DNA of 64,000 bases from an uncultured Alphaproteobacteria bacterium (GCA_913048595.1 CAJWVJ010000001.1:9544-73543); one strand, 5' to 3'; positions 11,670 through 21,395 are shown, numbered from the stretch's first letter. The notes: generated from the letters alone by a model not told the origin. Translations and numbers: made by a program.

Positions 11670-11686
11670 GCGGTGCCGGTCGCAGG

Positions 11687-12154
11687 CTAACCCTTGCTGC
11701 GAAGAAGTCGTGCCTTGTCGCGGCTCCAGTCACGGTCCTTTGCCGCCTGCCGTTTGTCCTGCTTCTTGCGGCCCTTTGCCAGACCAAGCTGAAGCTTGGC
11801 GACGCCCTTGCTGTTGAAATACAGCGCCAGCGGCACAAGCGTCATGCCCTCGCGGCGGACAAGCCCGAGAAGCTTGTTCCGCTCGCGGAGCTTGACCAGA
11901 AGTTCACGCGGGCGCTTGGGTTCGTGATTGTCGCGAGCAGGCTCATAGACCGGGATGTTGGCGTTGAACAGCACCAGACGGCCATTATCCTCGCCGGCAT
12001 AGCTTTCGGCGATGCTGGCGCGGCCGGTGCGAAGCGATTTCACTTCGCTGCCGCGCAGGATCAACCCGGCCTCGAGCGTGTCCTCGATCTCGTATTCATG
12101 CCTTGCGCGGCGGTTTTCCGCCACCCGGCCGGTGGTTATATGTCCCTTGGACAT
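11687..12154 (-). CDS. smpB: SsrA-binding protein
   Basis: [24 protein letters not shown]. Confidence 0.97.
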   Translation of the reverse strand: MSKGHITTGRVAENRRARHEYEIEDTLEAGLILRGSEVKSLRTGRASIAESYAGEDNGRLVLFNANIPVYEPARDNHEPKRPRELLVKLRERNKLLGLVRREGMTLVPLALYFNSKGVAKLQLGLAKGRKKQDKRQAAKDRDWSRDKARLLRSKG

Positions 12155-12234
12155 GGGTCGGTCCCTGCCTGTAAGGCGCGTTCATCCGGTGGCTTTCCCC
12201 GGCCGGCCATATCGCCGCCCGGCCAGCCGGGAGC

Positions 12235-13137
12235 CTAGTTCATCAGACCGGCACCGCGAAGCGCCGCTTCAACGCGGGCCTTGCTGGAATCGGCGATTTC
12301 GCACAGCGGCAGCCGGGTCTCGGAACTGCAGATCCCCAGAAGCTCGGCGGCGTATTTCACCGGCCCGGGGCTGGCCTCGCAGAACATCGCGTCGTGAACT
12401 TCAATCATTCGGCGGTTGATGTCCTGCGCGGTCGCGACATCACCTGCCTGCCAGGCATTGTGCATGTCGGCCATCTGCCGCGGGGCAATGTTGGATGTGA
12501 CTGAAATGGCACCATGGCCGCCGCCTGCCAGATAGGGAAGCGTCGTCGCATCCTCGCCGGACAGCTGGGCAAAGCCACTGCCGATGGCATTGGTGATGCG
12601 CGGCGGGCGGCCGACATCCGTGGTTGCGTCCTTGATGCCGGCAATGTTCGAGAAGTCCCGGGCCATGCGGGCCAGATTGTCATCGGACACGCGCACGATG
12701 GACCGGCCCGGAATGTCGTAGACAATCACCGCCACATCGACCGCCTCGGCGACCGCGGTGAAATGACGATACAGGCCATCCTGTGTGGGCTTGTTGTAAT
12801 AGGGGCTGACAATCAGCACGCCATCCGCACCGGCGGCCGCGGCATGTTTGGCAAGACGCACCGCCTCGGCCGTGCTGTTGGAGCCCGCCCCGGCGATCAC
12901 CGGCACGCGGCCCGCCGCCTGGTCGATGCACATCTCGACGACACGGTCATGCTCTTCATGCGACAGGGTCGGGGATTCACCGGTGGTGCCGACAGGCACC
13001 AGCCCATGCGTGCCGTTATCGATCTGGAAATCGACAAGGTTCCGGAACGCGGCCTCGTCGACCCGGCCGTTTGTGAACGGCGTGATCAGCGCGGTATATG
13101 ACCCGTTGAAGGGCGATCGTGCGGCGTCTTGGGACAT
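12235..13137 (-). CDS. dapA: 4-hydroxy-tetrahydrodipicolinate synthase
   Basis: GTTGES, PYYNKP, IKDAT, SGED. Confidence 0.95.
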   Translation of the reverse strand: MSQDAARSPFNGSYTALITPFTNGRVDEAAFRNLVDFQIDNGTHGLVPVGTTGESPTLSHEEHDRVVEMCIDQAAGRVPVIAGAGSNSTAEAVRLAKHAAAAGADGVLIVSPYYNKPTQDGLYRHFTAVAEAVDVAVIVYDIPGRSIVRVSDDNLARMARDFSNIAGIKDATTDVGRPPRITNAIGSGFAQLSGEDATTLPYLAGGGHGAISVTSNIAPRQMADMHNAWQAGDVATAQDINRRMIEVHDAMFCEASPGPVKYAAELLGICSSETRLPLCEIADSSKARVEAALRGAGLMN

Positions 13138-13375
13138 GGGACTTCCTGGTTTCTGGCCCCTGCCGAGGCCGTTTCAATGCGATAGCGCCTCAAAATAGGC
13201 GCGCCACCGCATGATGACAAGCCTGCAATGGGGCGTCCATCACAGCTTCTGATTCCGGTGATCGCCGGCCATTGCCTTCGCGCCACCGGCGTCTTGCCGC
13301 CAGGGGGATGGCTGAGTTACCGTTGAACGCCTTGTCCCCCACAATCCAGCAAACCACCTAGCACGGACCCGCCCA

Positions 13376-14374
13376 ATGAACCAGCACAGCCCCACGCCCG
13401 CCGTCAGCCTTGATGACATCAGGGCCGCCGCTGACCGCATCGCCGCGCACAGCATTCGCACGCCGCTGCTGGAATCACCGCGGGTGAATGGCTGGCTTGG
13501 CTTCCGGCTTCTGGTGAAATGTGAAAACCTGCAACACACCGGATCCTTCAAGCTTCGCGGCGCCACCAACGCGGTAATGAGCCTTCCTGACAGCGTCACC
13601 GATGTTGTCGCCTATTCCAGCGGCAACCATGCCCAGGCCGTCGCCAGAGCCGCCAGCCGCCGCGGCATGCGGGCCGTGATCGTCATGCCGGAAGATGCGC
13701 CGGCGCTGAAAATCGAAGGCACGCGCGCCTATGGTGCCGAAATTGTCACCTACGACCGCTACACTGAAAGCCGCGAAGAGATCGGGGGCAACATCGCCGC
13801 CGAGCGCAATGCCGAGCTGATCCGTCCGTTCGAAGATGTGCGCGTGATCGCCGGACAGGGCACCATAGGGCTGGAGATCGCCGCGCAATGCGCTGAACTT
13901 GGCGTAGCACCGCAGCATGTGATAAGCTGCTGCGGCGGTGGCGGGCTGATTGCCGGGGTCAGCCTTGCGGTGACATCGCGCATGCCGGCGACAAAAGTCT
14001 GGGCCGCCGAGCCGGAAGGGTTCGATGACACGATCCGGTCACTGGAAAGCGGGAAGATCGTCTCGGTCGATCCGGCCAGCAGGTCGATCTGCGACGCGGT
14101 GGTGACGCCAAGCCCGGGTGAAACCACATTCGCCATCAACCGTACCACCCTCGCCGGCGGCTTTGCTGTCAGTGACGAGCTGGTGCTGCAGGTCATGGCG
14201 ACCGCCTTCAAGCACCTTAAACTTGTGATCGAACCCGGCGGCGCGGTCGCGCTGGCGGCGGCACTTGACGGGCGGCTGCCGTCAGGAACGGATTGCGCTG
14301 TCGCCGTGGCATCAGGCGGCAATGTCGATCCCCAGATGTTCGCGCGCGCACTGGTGGCGGGGCCGCTGTTTTAG
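13376..14374 (+). CDS. PLP-dependent threonine/serine dehydratase family protein
   Basis: ENLQHTGSFKLRGA, SSGNHAQ, GGGGL, SGGN. No regulatory domain. Confidence 0.88.
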   Translation: MNQHSPTPAVSLDDIRAAADRIAAHSIRTPLLESPRVNGWLGFRLLVKCENLQHTGSFKLRGATNAVMSLPDSVTDVVAYSSGNHAQAVARAASRRGMRAVIVMPEDAPALKIEGTRAYGAEIVTYDRYTESREEIGGNIAAERNAELIRPFEDVRVIAGQGTIGLEIAAQCAELGVAPQHVISCCGGGGLIAGVSLAVTSRMPATKVWAAEPEGFDDTIRSLESGKIVSVDPASRSICDAVVTPSPGETTFAINRTTLAGGFAVSDELVLQVMATAFKHLKLVIEPGGAVALAAALDGRLPSGTDCAVAVASGGNVDPQMFARALVAGPLF

Positions 14375-14397
14375 CCGCGCCCCCGCGCATCATTGCA

Positions 14398-15966
14398 TCA
14401 GAAATCGGTCGGCGCGCCGCCCTCTTCCTTGCGACGTTCGACAAAGGCGCAGAGCGCTTCATCTATGGCCGGGTCAATCAGCGGCCTTTCATATTCCGCC
14501 AGAATCTGCTTCCAGGCGGCGTTGGCGCGCTGATGCGTCCAGATTGCCCCGGCCTCTTCCCATGCTTCGTAATTGCGCCAGTCTGACATGAGCGGCGCAT
14601 AGAACGCGTCGCGATACCGGGACTGGGTGTGGTCAGCGCCGAAGAAATGCCCGAACGGGCCGACCGCGTCGATCGCCTCGACGGCAAGGTCGTCCGCGCT
14701 CATCGGCACCGGCCTGTTGGTGTAGAGAATCTGCTGCAGCATCTCGCAATCCATGACGAATTTCTCAAAGCTGGCTGACAACCCCCCTTCCATCCAGCCG
14801 GCGGCATGGTAGATCATGTTGGCATGGCCGGAACAGCTTCCCTGAAGCGAGAAGGCCGATTCCCAGACAGCCTGGGCGTCGGGCGCGTTGCAGGCATTGG
14901 CGTTGGACGCGCGCCATGGCAGGCCATAGCGCCGCGCCATCTGGCCCGAAATCTGCATCGCGCGCACGTATTCGGGCGTGCCGAAAGCCGGCGCGCCGGT
15001 CTTCATATCGACATTACTGGTGAAAGCGCCATATACGCAGGGCGCGCCTTCGCGAACCTGCTGCAGCAGCGCGACAGCGGCAAGCCCCTCGGCATTCTGC
15101 TGGGTGACCGCGCCGGCAATGGTCACCGGCGCCATCGCCCCGGCAAGTGTGAAGGGCGAGATGAACACCACCTGGCCACGTCGCGCGGCGCGCATCGCCC
15201 CGTCCAGCATCGGCCAGTCATGTTTCAGCGGGGACGAGGAATTGATGTTGGTGAACATATGCGGACGGGATTCAAACTCTTCGGCACTCATCCCGCCGGC
15301 GATGCGGACCATCTCCATCACATCTTCGATTCGCTCCGGCCCCAGCGAATAGGCATGGATCACCTTGTCGGTCAGCGTCAGCATGTCGTAATGCGCGTCG
15401 AGATGCCGGATCGAGGCGTGAATGTCGATCGGCTCCACCGGATAACCGCAATTGAAATGTATGCAGTTATAGGATTGCGACAGCCGCAGCAGATCCTGAA
15501 AATCGGCGCGGTTGCCGACCCGCCTGCCCCGCTCGAGATCCATCACATTCGGGGCCGAGGCGACCTGCCCGAAATTGAAATGCCGACCGCCAACGGTGAT
15601 TTCCCGCTCGGCATTGCGCGGGGTGATGGTGAACTGCGCCGGCGCCTTCGCCACCATTTCGGTGACAAAGCCCCGGTCCATGTGAACCCGCTTTGTGTCG
15701 CGATCGACCTTGCAACCCGCGGCCGCAAGAACATCAAGCGCGTCATCATTCAGGAACAGGATGCCTATCTCCTCGAGAATCCGCATGCTGGCTTCATGAA
15801 TCGCCTCAACGCCCTCGGCATCGATCGGCTGTGCAGGGTCATCGAGATAGGTGGCTGGCCCCCATTCCAGCTGGTTGGCAAGAAATGGCAGCTTCGGCTT
15901 CGCCGCGTCTCCGCCGCGCCGCCGCCGGCGGCCCTGTGTCGGGGCATCTGCAGTGATCTCGGACAT
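14398..15966 (-). CDS. Non-pyrrolysine trimethylamine methyltransferase family (MttB/MtgB-like) corrinoid-dependent methyltransferase
   Basis: PFTLAGAMAPVT, FTSNVDMKTGAPAFGTPE, HAAGWMEGGL. No in-frame TAG. Confidence 0.9.
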   Translation of the reverse strand: MSEITADAPTQGRRRRRGGDAAKPKLPFLANQLEWGPATYLDDPAQPIDAEGVEAIHEASMRILEEIGILFLNDDALDVLAAAGCKVDRDTKRVHMDRGFVTEMVAKAPAQFTITPRNAEREITVGGRHFNFGQVASAPNVMDLERGRRVGNRADFQDLLRLSQSYNCIHFNCGYPVEPIDIHASIRHLDAHYDMLTLTDKVIHAYSLGPERIEDVMEMVRIAGGMSAEEFESRPHMFTNINSSSPLKHDWPMLDGAMRAARRGQVVFISPFTLAGAMAPVTIAGAVTQQNAEGLAAVALLQQVREGAPCVYGAFTSNVDMKTGAPAFGTPEYVRAMQISGQMARRYGLPWRASNANACNAPDAQAVWESAFSLQGSCSGHANMIYHAAGWMEGGLSASFEKFVMDCEMLQQILYTNRPVPMSADDLAVEAIDAVGPFGHFFGADHTQSRYRDAFYAPLMSDWRNYEAWEEAGAIWTHQRANAAWKQILAEYERPLIDPAIDEALCAFVERRKEEGGAPTDF

Positions 15967-16161
15967 CGGCACCTCTTCAGACCATCTGCGACGACGGTAT
16001 CAGCCACATGCAGGGCAATCGTTCAAAAAATGACATCTCATGCCCAAATTCGGCCATCCGAGGACCCGGCACCTTTTATCTTGCCTGTATGCCAAGGGGT
16101 GCTAGACATTGCGACGGACGTTATCCCGTCGGGGGTGACAGGAAATCAGGGAGTGCCTCGG

Positions 16162-16680
16162 GTGGCCAACATCCAGTTTGTTCTAGGTGGGGCGCGGTCC
16201 GGCAAATCGGCACATGCCGAAGGTCTTGCCGAGGCCGCCGGCGACAGGCCGGTCTATATCGCCACCGCTGAAATCTTCGATTCCGAGATGGAATCGCGGA
16301 TCGCCCTTCATCAGGAACGGCGCGGCCCGCACTGGCAGCTTGTCGAGGCCCCGATTGACCTGCCACAGGCCATAGGGGCCGCCGACAGCGCGGACAGCGT
16401 CATCCTGGTCGACTGTCTGAGTGTGTGGATCACCAATATCCTGGTCCATGAGATGGATACGGACGACGCCGGCGACAGGCTCGCCGCCGCCTTGTCATCC
16501 TGCAAGGGCACCGTCATCCTTGTCGCCAGCGAAACAGGACTTGGAATTGTGCCTGAAAACAGGCTCTCACGGCGCTTCCGTGATGCCAATGGGCGCCTCA
16601 ATCAGGCTGTCGCGGCACTGGCGGACGAGGTATTTTTTGTCGCGGCAGGGATTGCCTTAAGACTTAAACCCCCGCAATAA
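16162..16680 (+). CDS. cobU: Bifunctional adenosylcobinamide kinase/guanylyltransferase (CobU/CobP)
   Basis: Real gene is the 3' end of ORF 14806..16680: GTG start, VLGGARSGKS, YIATA, VDCL, SETGLGIVP, RRFRD. Confidence 0.93.
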   Translation: MANIQFVLGGARSGKSAHAEGLAEAAGDRPVYIATAEIFDSEMESRIALHQERRGPHWQLVEAPIDLPQAIGAADSADSVILVDCLSVWITNILVHEMDTDDAGDRLAAALSSCKGTVILVASETGLGIVPENRLSRRFRDANGRLNQAVAALADEVFFVAAGIALRLKPPQ

Positions 16681-16720
16681 ACGATTAAGCTTTTCAATGT
16701 GTCAATCTGGACCAGCGCCG

Positions 16721-17740
16721 ATGAACTCCTTTTCCTCCGTGTCCCATATCAGGGAATTATATGACCAGCTGCCAGCGGCCAATGACGGAATGCGCGGCGG
16801 CGCGGCGGCGCGGCAGGATCAACTCACCAAGCCGCCGGGCTCGCTCGGCCGGCTCGAGCAGCTGGCGCTGTGGATGGCAAGCTGGCAGGCAACGGTGAAT
16901 CCGAAGATCGAGGCTGGAAAATGCCTTGTCTTTGCAGGCAACCATGGTGTCGTCAAACAGGGCATCAGCCCCTTCCCGCCGGAAGTCACGCAACAGATGG
17001 TCTGGAATTTTGAGGCTGGCGGCGCCGCCATCAACCAGCTGTGCGAAACCGCCGGTCTCGCACTGGAGGTCACCGCCCTCGACCTGAACCGTCCGACGAT
17101 TGATTTCACCACCGCGCCGGCAATGGACCCTGACGAGGTTCTCCATGCCATGAACGCCGGTGCCACAGCCATCGGCGAGACATGTGACTACCTGATCCTC
17201 GGCGAAATGGGGATCGGCAACACGACGGCGGCGGCGGCGCTCTGCATGGCGCGCTTCGGCGGCAATGCCAGCGGCTGGGTCGGCCCGGGCACCGGACTTG
17301 ACCAGGCCGGCGTGACGCACAAGGCGATGATCGTCCAGGCGGCGATCGACCGGCATGGCGAGTCGTTCGAAGATCCGGTCAGCCTGCTGGCCGCGCTTGG
17401 CGGCCGCGAACTGGCAGCCATCGCCGGCGCGGTCCTGGAAGCGCGCCTGCGCCGCATCCCGGTGATGCTGGATGGGTTCATTTCATCGGCCGCGGCGGCG
17501 GCGCTGACCGCCGGCAACAGGCTGGATGTGCTGGATCACTGCATGATTTCACACCTGTCACCCGAGCCGGGCCATATGCGGCTTGCCACAGCCCTTCGCA
17601 AGCAACCGCTTCTCGATCTTCGCATGCGGCTTGGCGAGGCAAGCGGGGCCGCAGTGGCGACGCTGCTGGTGCGGGCCGCACTGGCAATGCATAACGGCAT
17701 GGCGACCTTCGACGAAGCCGGGGTCAGCAAGAGCGCATGA
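16721..17740 (+). CDS. cobT: Nicotinate-nucleotide-dimethylbenzimidazole phosphoribosyltransferase
   Basis: LTKPPGSLGRLE, GEMGIGNTT, RLGEASGA, MATF. Confidence 0.96.
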   Translation: MNSFSSVSHIRELYDQLPAANDGMRGGAAARQDQLTKPPGSLGRLEQLALWMASWQATVNPKIEAGKCLVFAGNHGVVKQGISPFPPEVTQQMVWNFEAGGAAINQLCETAGLALEVTALDLNRPTIDFTTAPAMDPDEVLHAMNAGATAIGETCDYLILGEMGIGNTTAAAALCMARFGGNASGWVGPGTGLDQAGVTHKAMIVQAAIDRHGESFEDPVSLLAALGGRELAAIAGAVLEARLRRIPVMLDGFISSAAAAALTAGNRLDVLDHCMISHLSPEPGHMRLATALRKQPLLDLRMRLGEASGAAVATLLVRAALAMHNGMATFDEAGVSKSA

Positions 17741-18543
17741 CCGACGGGGATGGCACAGACAAACAGCCGCTTGCTGGTGACTGTGCGTCCGCCTTCCTTC
17801 TTCTCAGCCGGATACCAGTGACCTGGTACAGCTTTCCTGACGACCGGCCTCCCGACTTCATTTCCTCGCTCTGGGCCTTTCCGCTTGTCGGCCTTGTCAT
17901 TGGGGGCAGCGGCGGCCTTGTGATGCTGGCAGGCCAGCTGCTGACCCTTCCGCCAGTCGTCGCAGCGGTCGGCGGCCTTGCCGCCATGGTGATGATGTCA
18001 GGCGCCATGCATGAGGACGGGCTGGCCGACATGGCGGACGGATTCGGCGGTGGGCGCGATACCGAATCCAAGATCCGGATCATGCATGACAGCCGGATCG
18101 GAAGTTACGGCGTGCTGGCGCTCATTCTCGCGGTCGCCATGCGGATCGGACTCTATATTTCCCTGCTCGCTGCCTTCAGCGGAATGACGCTCGTCATGTT
18201 CATGGCGGCGGTTCAGGCGACAGCCCGGTTTCAACCCGTGCTACAGCTGTCGGCCTTCCGCGTCAGCCCGCATGCCAGCCTGGCGCAACTGACCGGCCGC
18301 CCGGGCGCAACAAGACTGGCCGCATCCGCACTTCTGTGCCTGGTGCCCCTGGCCTGGCTTCTCGGCCCTGTCACGGCGGCCGTGATCGCGTTGCCCGGCC
18401 TTGCTGTCGGCATCTACCTCGGCAGGCTGGCGACACGGCATGTCGAGGGGCTCACCGGCGACGTGATGGGAGCGACGATCATTCTGGCCGAGATCATCAT
18501 GCTGATCTGCTGGGCGGCGCTTGCCGGGACGCTGGCCGCATGA
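17737..18543 (+). CDS. cobS: Adenosylcobinamide-GDP ribazoletransferase (cobalamin synthase, CobS/CobV)
   Basis: GAMHEDGLADMADG, IMHDSRIGSYG, GLTGDVMGA. Hydrophobic. Confidence 0.94.
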   Translation: MTDGDGTDKQPLAGDCASAFLLLSRIPVTWYSFPDDRPPDFISSLWAFPLVGLVIGGSGGLVMLAGQLLTLPPVVAAVGGLAAMVMMSGAMHEDGLADMADGFGGGRDTESKIRIMHDSRIGSYGVLALILAVAMRIGLYISLLAAFSGMTLVMFMAAVQATARFQPVLQLSAFRVSPHASLAQLTGRPGATRLAASALLCLVPLAWLLGPVTAAVIALPGLAVGIYLGRLATRHVEGLTGDVMGATIILAEIIMLICWAALAGTLAA

Positions 18544-19184
18544 CAGACCATCCCGCAACAAGGGACCTCTATTTCATACGGCATGCGCCGGTGCACAAGG
18601 CTGCCGGCCATGTGCCGCCATGCAACCCACCGATCCTGGAGGCGGATTACCACTTGCAACCGGTAACGGCGATGCTGCCGCGTGATGCAGCCTGGCTTGT
18701 CTCGCCGCTGCAGCGTGCCTGGCAGACGGCCGACCTTCTCGCGCCTGCGCTGGCTCCTGCATCTCGCGCCGAACTGCCGGAGCTGTCCGAGATGGAATTC
18801 GGTGACTGGGCGGGGCGACCTGTTGCCGAGGTCTGGGACGAAATCAGCACCAGACCGCTTCACAACTGGTCCTTTCTGACAGCCGACACACTGCCCCCCG
18901 GGGGTGAAAGCTTCACCATGCTGGCGAACAGGGTGTCCGGATGGATGGAGTCCCTCGCCTTCGACACGGCCCCGCTTGTGATCATCGCCCATTCCGGGGT
19001 CATGCGCGCGGCAATGGCGCATGCGCTTGCCATGCCAACCGACCATGCGGTGGGCATTCCGATTGCGCATTTCGGGGTTCTTCACCTTCGGCAGATGGAC
19101 CCGGCCCGCGCCATGGCGGCCGGGGGGCACTGGCTGTTCGTCGGGCTGACCGACCCGAAGGCGGTGCCAGCCAGTCCGTTGTAA
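18540..19184 (+). CDS. cobC: Histidine phosphatase family protein, probable alpha-ribazole phosphatase
   Basis: FIRHAP, SPLQRA..TA, EMEFGDW, PGGESF, IAHSG. Coupled to cobS (ATGA overlap). Confidence 0.75.
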   Translation: MTDHPATRDLYFIRHAPVHKAAGHVPPCNPPILEADYHLQPVTAMLPRDAAWLVSPLQRAWQTADLLAPALAPASRAELPELSEMEFGDWAGRPVAEVWDEISTRPLHNWSFLTADTLPPGGESFTMLANRVSGWMESLAFDTAPLVIIAHSGVMRAAMAHALAMPTDHAVGIPIAHFGVLHLRQMDPARAMAAGGHWLFVGLTDPKAVPASPL

Positions 19185-19190
19185 ACGGGC

Positions 19191-19790
19191 CTAGCTGCTG
19201 AGCCGCCGTGCGCCGCGCGGATCGATCCAGCCGATGGTTCCGTCCTCGCGGCGATGCACGACATTCAGCCCGAAATGCGCCGCGTTGCGGAACATCAGCA
19301 TGGATGTCTCACTCAGTTCCAGACGCATCACCGCCTGTTCGACGGTCAGCATCTCGATGTCATAGGCCAGCTCGGCGATCACCGGCGGCAGGCCAGATTC
19401 GCCATCCACGGCCGCTTCTTCAAGCTGGTCGGCCGCAGCATAGACAAGCATCTGTGCGGGAAGAACGTCATCCTCCTCGGCGGGGGTGACGGTGTTGCGA
19501 TGGTTCTTCAGCCGTCTCTTGTGCCGGCGCAATCGTTTTTCCGCATGTTCGATGGCGGCGTCCAGCGCGGCATGCGCGTTCTGCGCATAGCCCGTCGCCT
19601 CGAGCTCCATTCGTCGTGACAGCGCCACACGGGTCTTTACACGGAATCCGGCATCAGCCTTTTCAAGGGTGACCTGGCCACTGACGGCGCGGTCGAAATA
19701 CTTGTTCACAACGCCATTCAGTGCGTCTTCGGCATGCGTCTGGAACGCCGCGCCGGTATCCATGTTTTTCCCTGAAACGCTGATCTGCAT
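19191..19790 (-). CDS. hpf: Ribosome hibernation promoting factor (long HPF/RaiA)
   Basis: MQISVSGKNMDTG, EKRLRRHKRRLK, C-terminal NVVHRREDGTIGWID. Confidence 0.93.
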   Translation of the reverse strand: MQISVSGKNMDTGAAFQTHAEDALNGVVNKYFDRAVSGQVTLEKADAGFRVKTRVALSRRMELEATGYAQNAHAALDAAIEHAEKRLRRHKRRLKNHRNTVTPAEEDDVLPAQMLVYAAADQLEEAAVDGESGLPPVIAELAYDIEMLTVEQAVMRLELSETSMLMFRNAAHFGLNVVHRREDGTIGWIDPRGARRLSS

Positions 19791-19998
19791 ATCTGTCTCC
19801 CTTGATTCAGACAGCGACGCCGCACCGTAGGAGGAAGATAGAGGCCGACGCGCGCCATGAGGCGGGCAATGTCACCCGCGACAGCGGAACGCACGGCATG
19901 CGCGCCCATCGCAAAAGCAAGCATTTGGCTTGGAAGGGAGCGACCGGGCGCTCCAATACTCAAACTGTGCCAACAATTACCTTTCCAGGCAAGAAAAA

Positions 19999-20081
19999 CC
20001 GGACCATCAGGCCGGACCATCAGGCCGGACCATCAGGCCGGACTATCAGGCCGGACCATCAGGCCGGACCATCAGGCCGGA
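19999..20081. repeat. 13-bp tandem repeat, (CCGGACCATCAGG)x6 plus a partial copy
   Basis: Units start at 19999, 20012, 20025, 20038 (one C>T), 20051 and 20064, followed by CCGGA. Confidence 0.97.
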
Positions 20082-20716
20082 ACCGCCGGCAGACAGCGAA
20101 GGCCAAGCGACAACCGCCCGCCGGTTACCCTGTCGACACCGTGCAGGGGGCGCGCCTCCTCACCCTCGCGCCCGGCAAAGCCTTCGGCGGACAGGATCAC
20201 GATCCGCCCGGGGCGGTCATCAATGCGGCGCGTTCCCGCGCCATCGCGGGTGTCACAGGAAAACAGCCGCGATGTTCCGGCGAGTGTGATGATGAACACA
20301 AGGCCGCGATAGCGCTTGCCATCGCGGTGGATGCCGATCCCCGTCGAACCTGCCGGATAGCGCTGGATGGCGAAATCGGCAAGATCGACGGGCGTGGCAA
20401 GAGGGGCCGGCCACAGGTCGAGATTGGCGGCCTCGACCGTTGTTTCGAGAAGACTGGCCAGCTGGTCGAACACGCCTGTCCGCGGGGCCGGAAAGCAGAC
20501 CTCGAAATCCTGTGACACGCGCCGCCCCCTATGTTCGATCACCGGAGTGGCCAGCCGAAAGGGCTGGGCGCCGGCATAATCGCGAAGGCTGTCCACCTCT
20601 TCATCGGTCAGGAAAGACAGGCTTGTGACGCGTCGCTGCGGCGCGCCAAGCCTCGTCAGCGCGCGTTTCATGGCGCTGACCCTGCCGGGAGTCATGGTAA
20701 AGGGACGCTCAGGCAT
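20072..20716 (-). CDS. 2OG-Fe(II) oxygenase superfamily protein (AlkB-like fold)
   Basis: IQRY...GIGIHRD (HxD), PLHGV (distal His), GRLSLGLR (2OG-binding Arg). Confidence 0.7.
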   Translation of the reverse strand: MPERPFTMTPGRVSAMKRALTRLGAPQRRVTSLSFLTDEEVDSLRDYAGAQPFRLATPVIEHRGRRVSQDFEVCFPAPRTGVFDQLASLLETTVEAANLDLWPAPLATPVDLADFAIQRYPAGSTGIGIHRDGKRYRGLVFIITLAGTSRLFSCDTRDGAGTRRIDDRPGRIVILSAEGFAGREGEEARPLHGVDRVTGGRLSLGLRCLPAVPA

Positions 20717-21167
20717 CGACCTGATCTTCCGCATCGGCACGGCGGAATTCCACGGCTGTGCGGCATCCGGCACAGACAAGCCCGGCCTTGCGGCGGTGGC
20801 GCGGCACGGCAAAACACCCGTTAGGGCAGACCATGATCCACGGGGCCTTGGAAAAGCTCAGCGTGTGGCACCGCGCGGCGGTGCATCCGATCTCGCGCGC
20901 CTTGCGCCGCCAGACAGCGTCATGGCCATGGCGCGGCCCGACAAGGGCATGCGCGATCTCGTGAAGGATGGTGTCGCGAATGTGGCTTGCTTCGGCATGG
21001 CGGACATAATGGCGCGACAGCGAAATGGTGCGGTTGGTATAGTCGCACTGGCCGGCGCGGCGGCGCGCATGGTCAAGCTTCACTGTCCAGCCATCAAGGC
21101 CGTGATGACGCATGAGCTCGGCAGCCGTGTCCAGCGCCGCCTGAAGCGGCCGTTCAGTTGGCTTCAT
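20709..21167 (-). CDS. SprT-like zinc metalloprotease
   Basis: RRRAGQC, ILHEIAHAL, HGHDAVW, CPNGC...CAGC. Start trimmed to MKPTERP. Confidence 0.85.
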   Translation of the reverse strand: MKPTERPLQAALDTAAELMRHHGLDGWTVKLDHARRRAGQCDYTNRTISLSRHYVRHAEASHIRDTILHEIAHALVGPRHGHDAVWRRKAREIGCTAARCHTLSFSKAPWIMVCPNGCFAVPRHRRKAGLVCAGCRTAVEFRRADAEDQVDA

Positions 21168-21357
21168 GCTGTGCCAGCCATTTGACCACAGCGCTGGCGG
21201 CCGGAATCCAGGCCAGGCCAGCGATGGTGAAGAACAGCAGGTCGAGCAGGAAATGAATCTCGATGATGAAGGTGGACAGCCAGACCATGGCGCCGACATA
21301 GATCGCCAGCGCCGGCATGATCCCCACCGCAACTGCAAAATGCCGCCAACGTTTCAT
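21154..21357 (-). CDS. Small two-TM protein, DUF2842-like
   Basis: 67 aa, two hydrophobic helices, FFTIAGLAWIP. Confidence 0.7.
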   Translation of the reverse strand: MKRWRHFAVAVGIMPALAIYVGAMVWLSTFIIEIHFLLDLLFFTIAGLAWIPAASAVVKWLAQHEAN

Positions 21358-21395
21358 CCTGAAACTCCCGCCCCTGCCGTTCAGGGGTTCATACT

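Noticed and set aside
11687-12234. tmRNA next to smpB
   Set aside because: The flanking gaps are too short and show no tRNA-like ends.
14398-15966. Pyrrolysine recoding in MttB
   Set aside because: The ORF is continuous with no in-frame amber codon, and there are no pyl genes in the window.
14806-16161. 624-aa CobU with a long N-terminal extension
   Set aside because: The extension is the antisense shadow of the mttB-like gene. CobU homology starts at GTG 16162.
19958-19975. Sigma-54 promoter for hpf (TGGCAC on the minus strand)
   Set aside because: No TTGC at the required -12 spacing.
19999-20081. CRISPR array
   Set aside because: The units are contiguous 13-mers with no spacers, and there are no cas genes. 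The RTIRPDHQAGPSG repeat ORFs across it are by-products.
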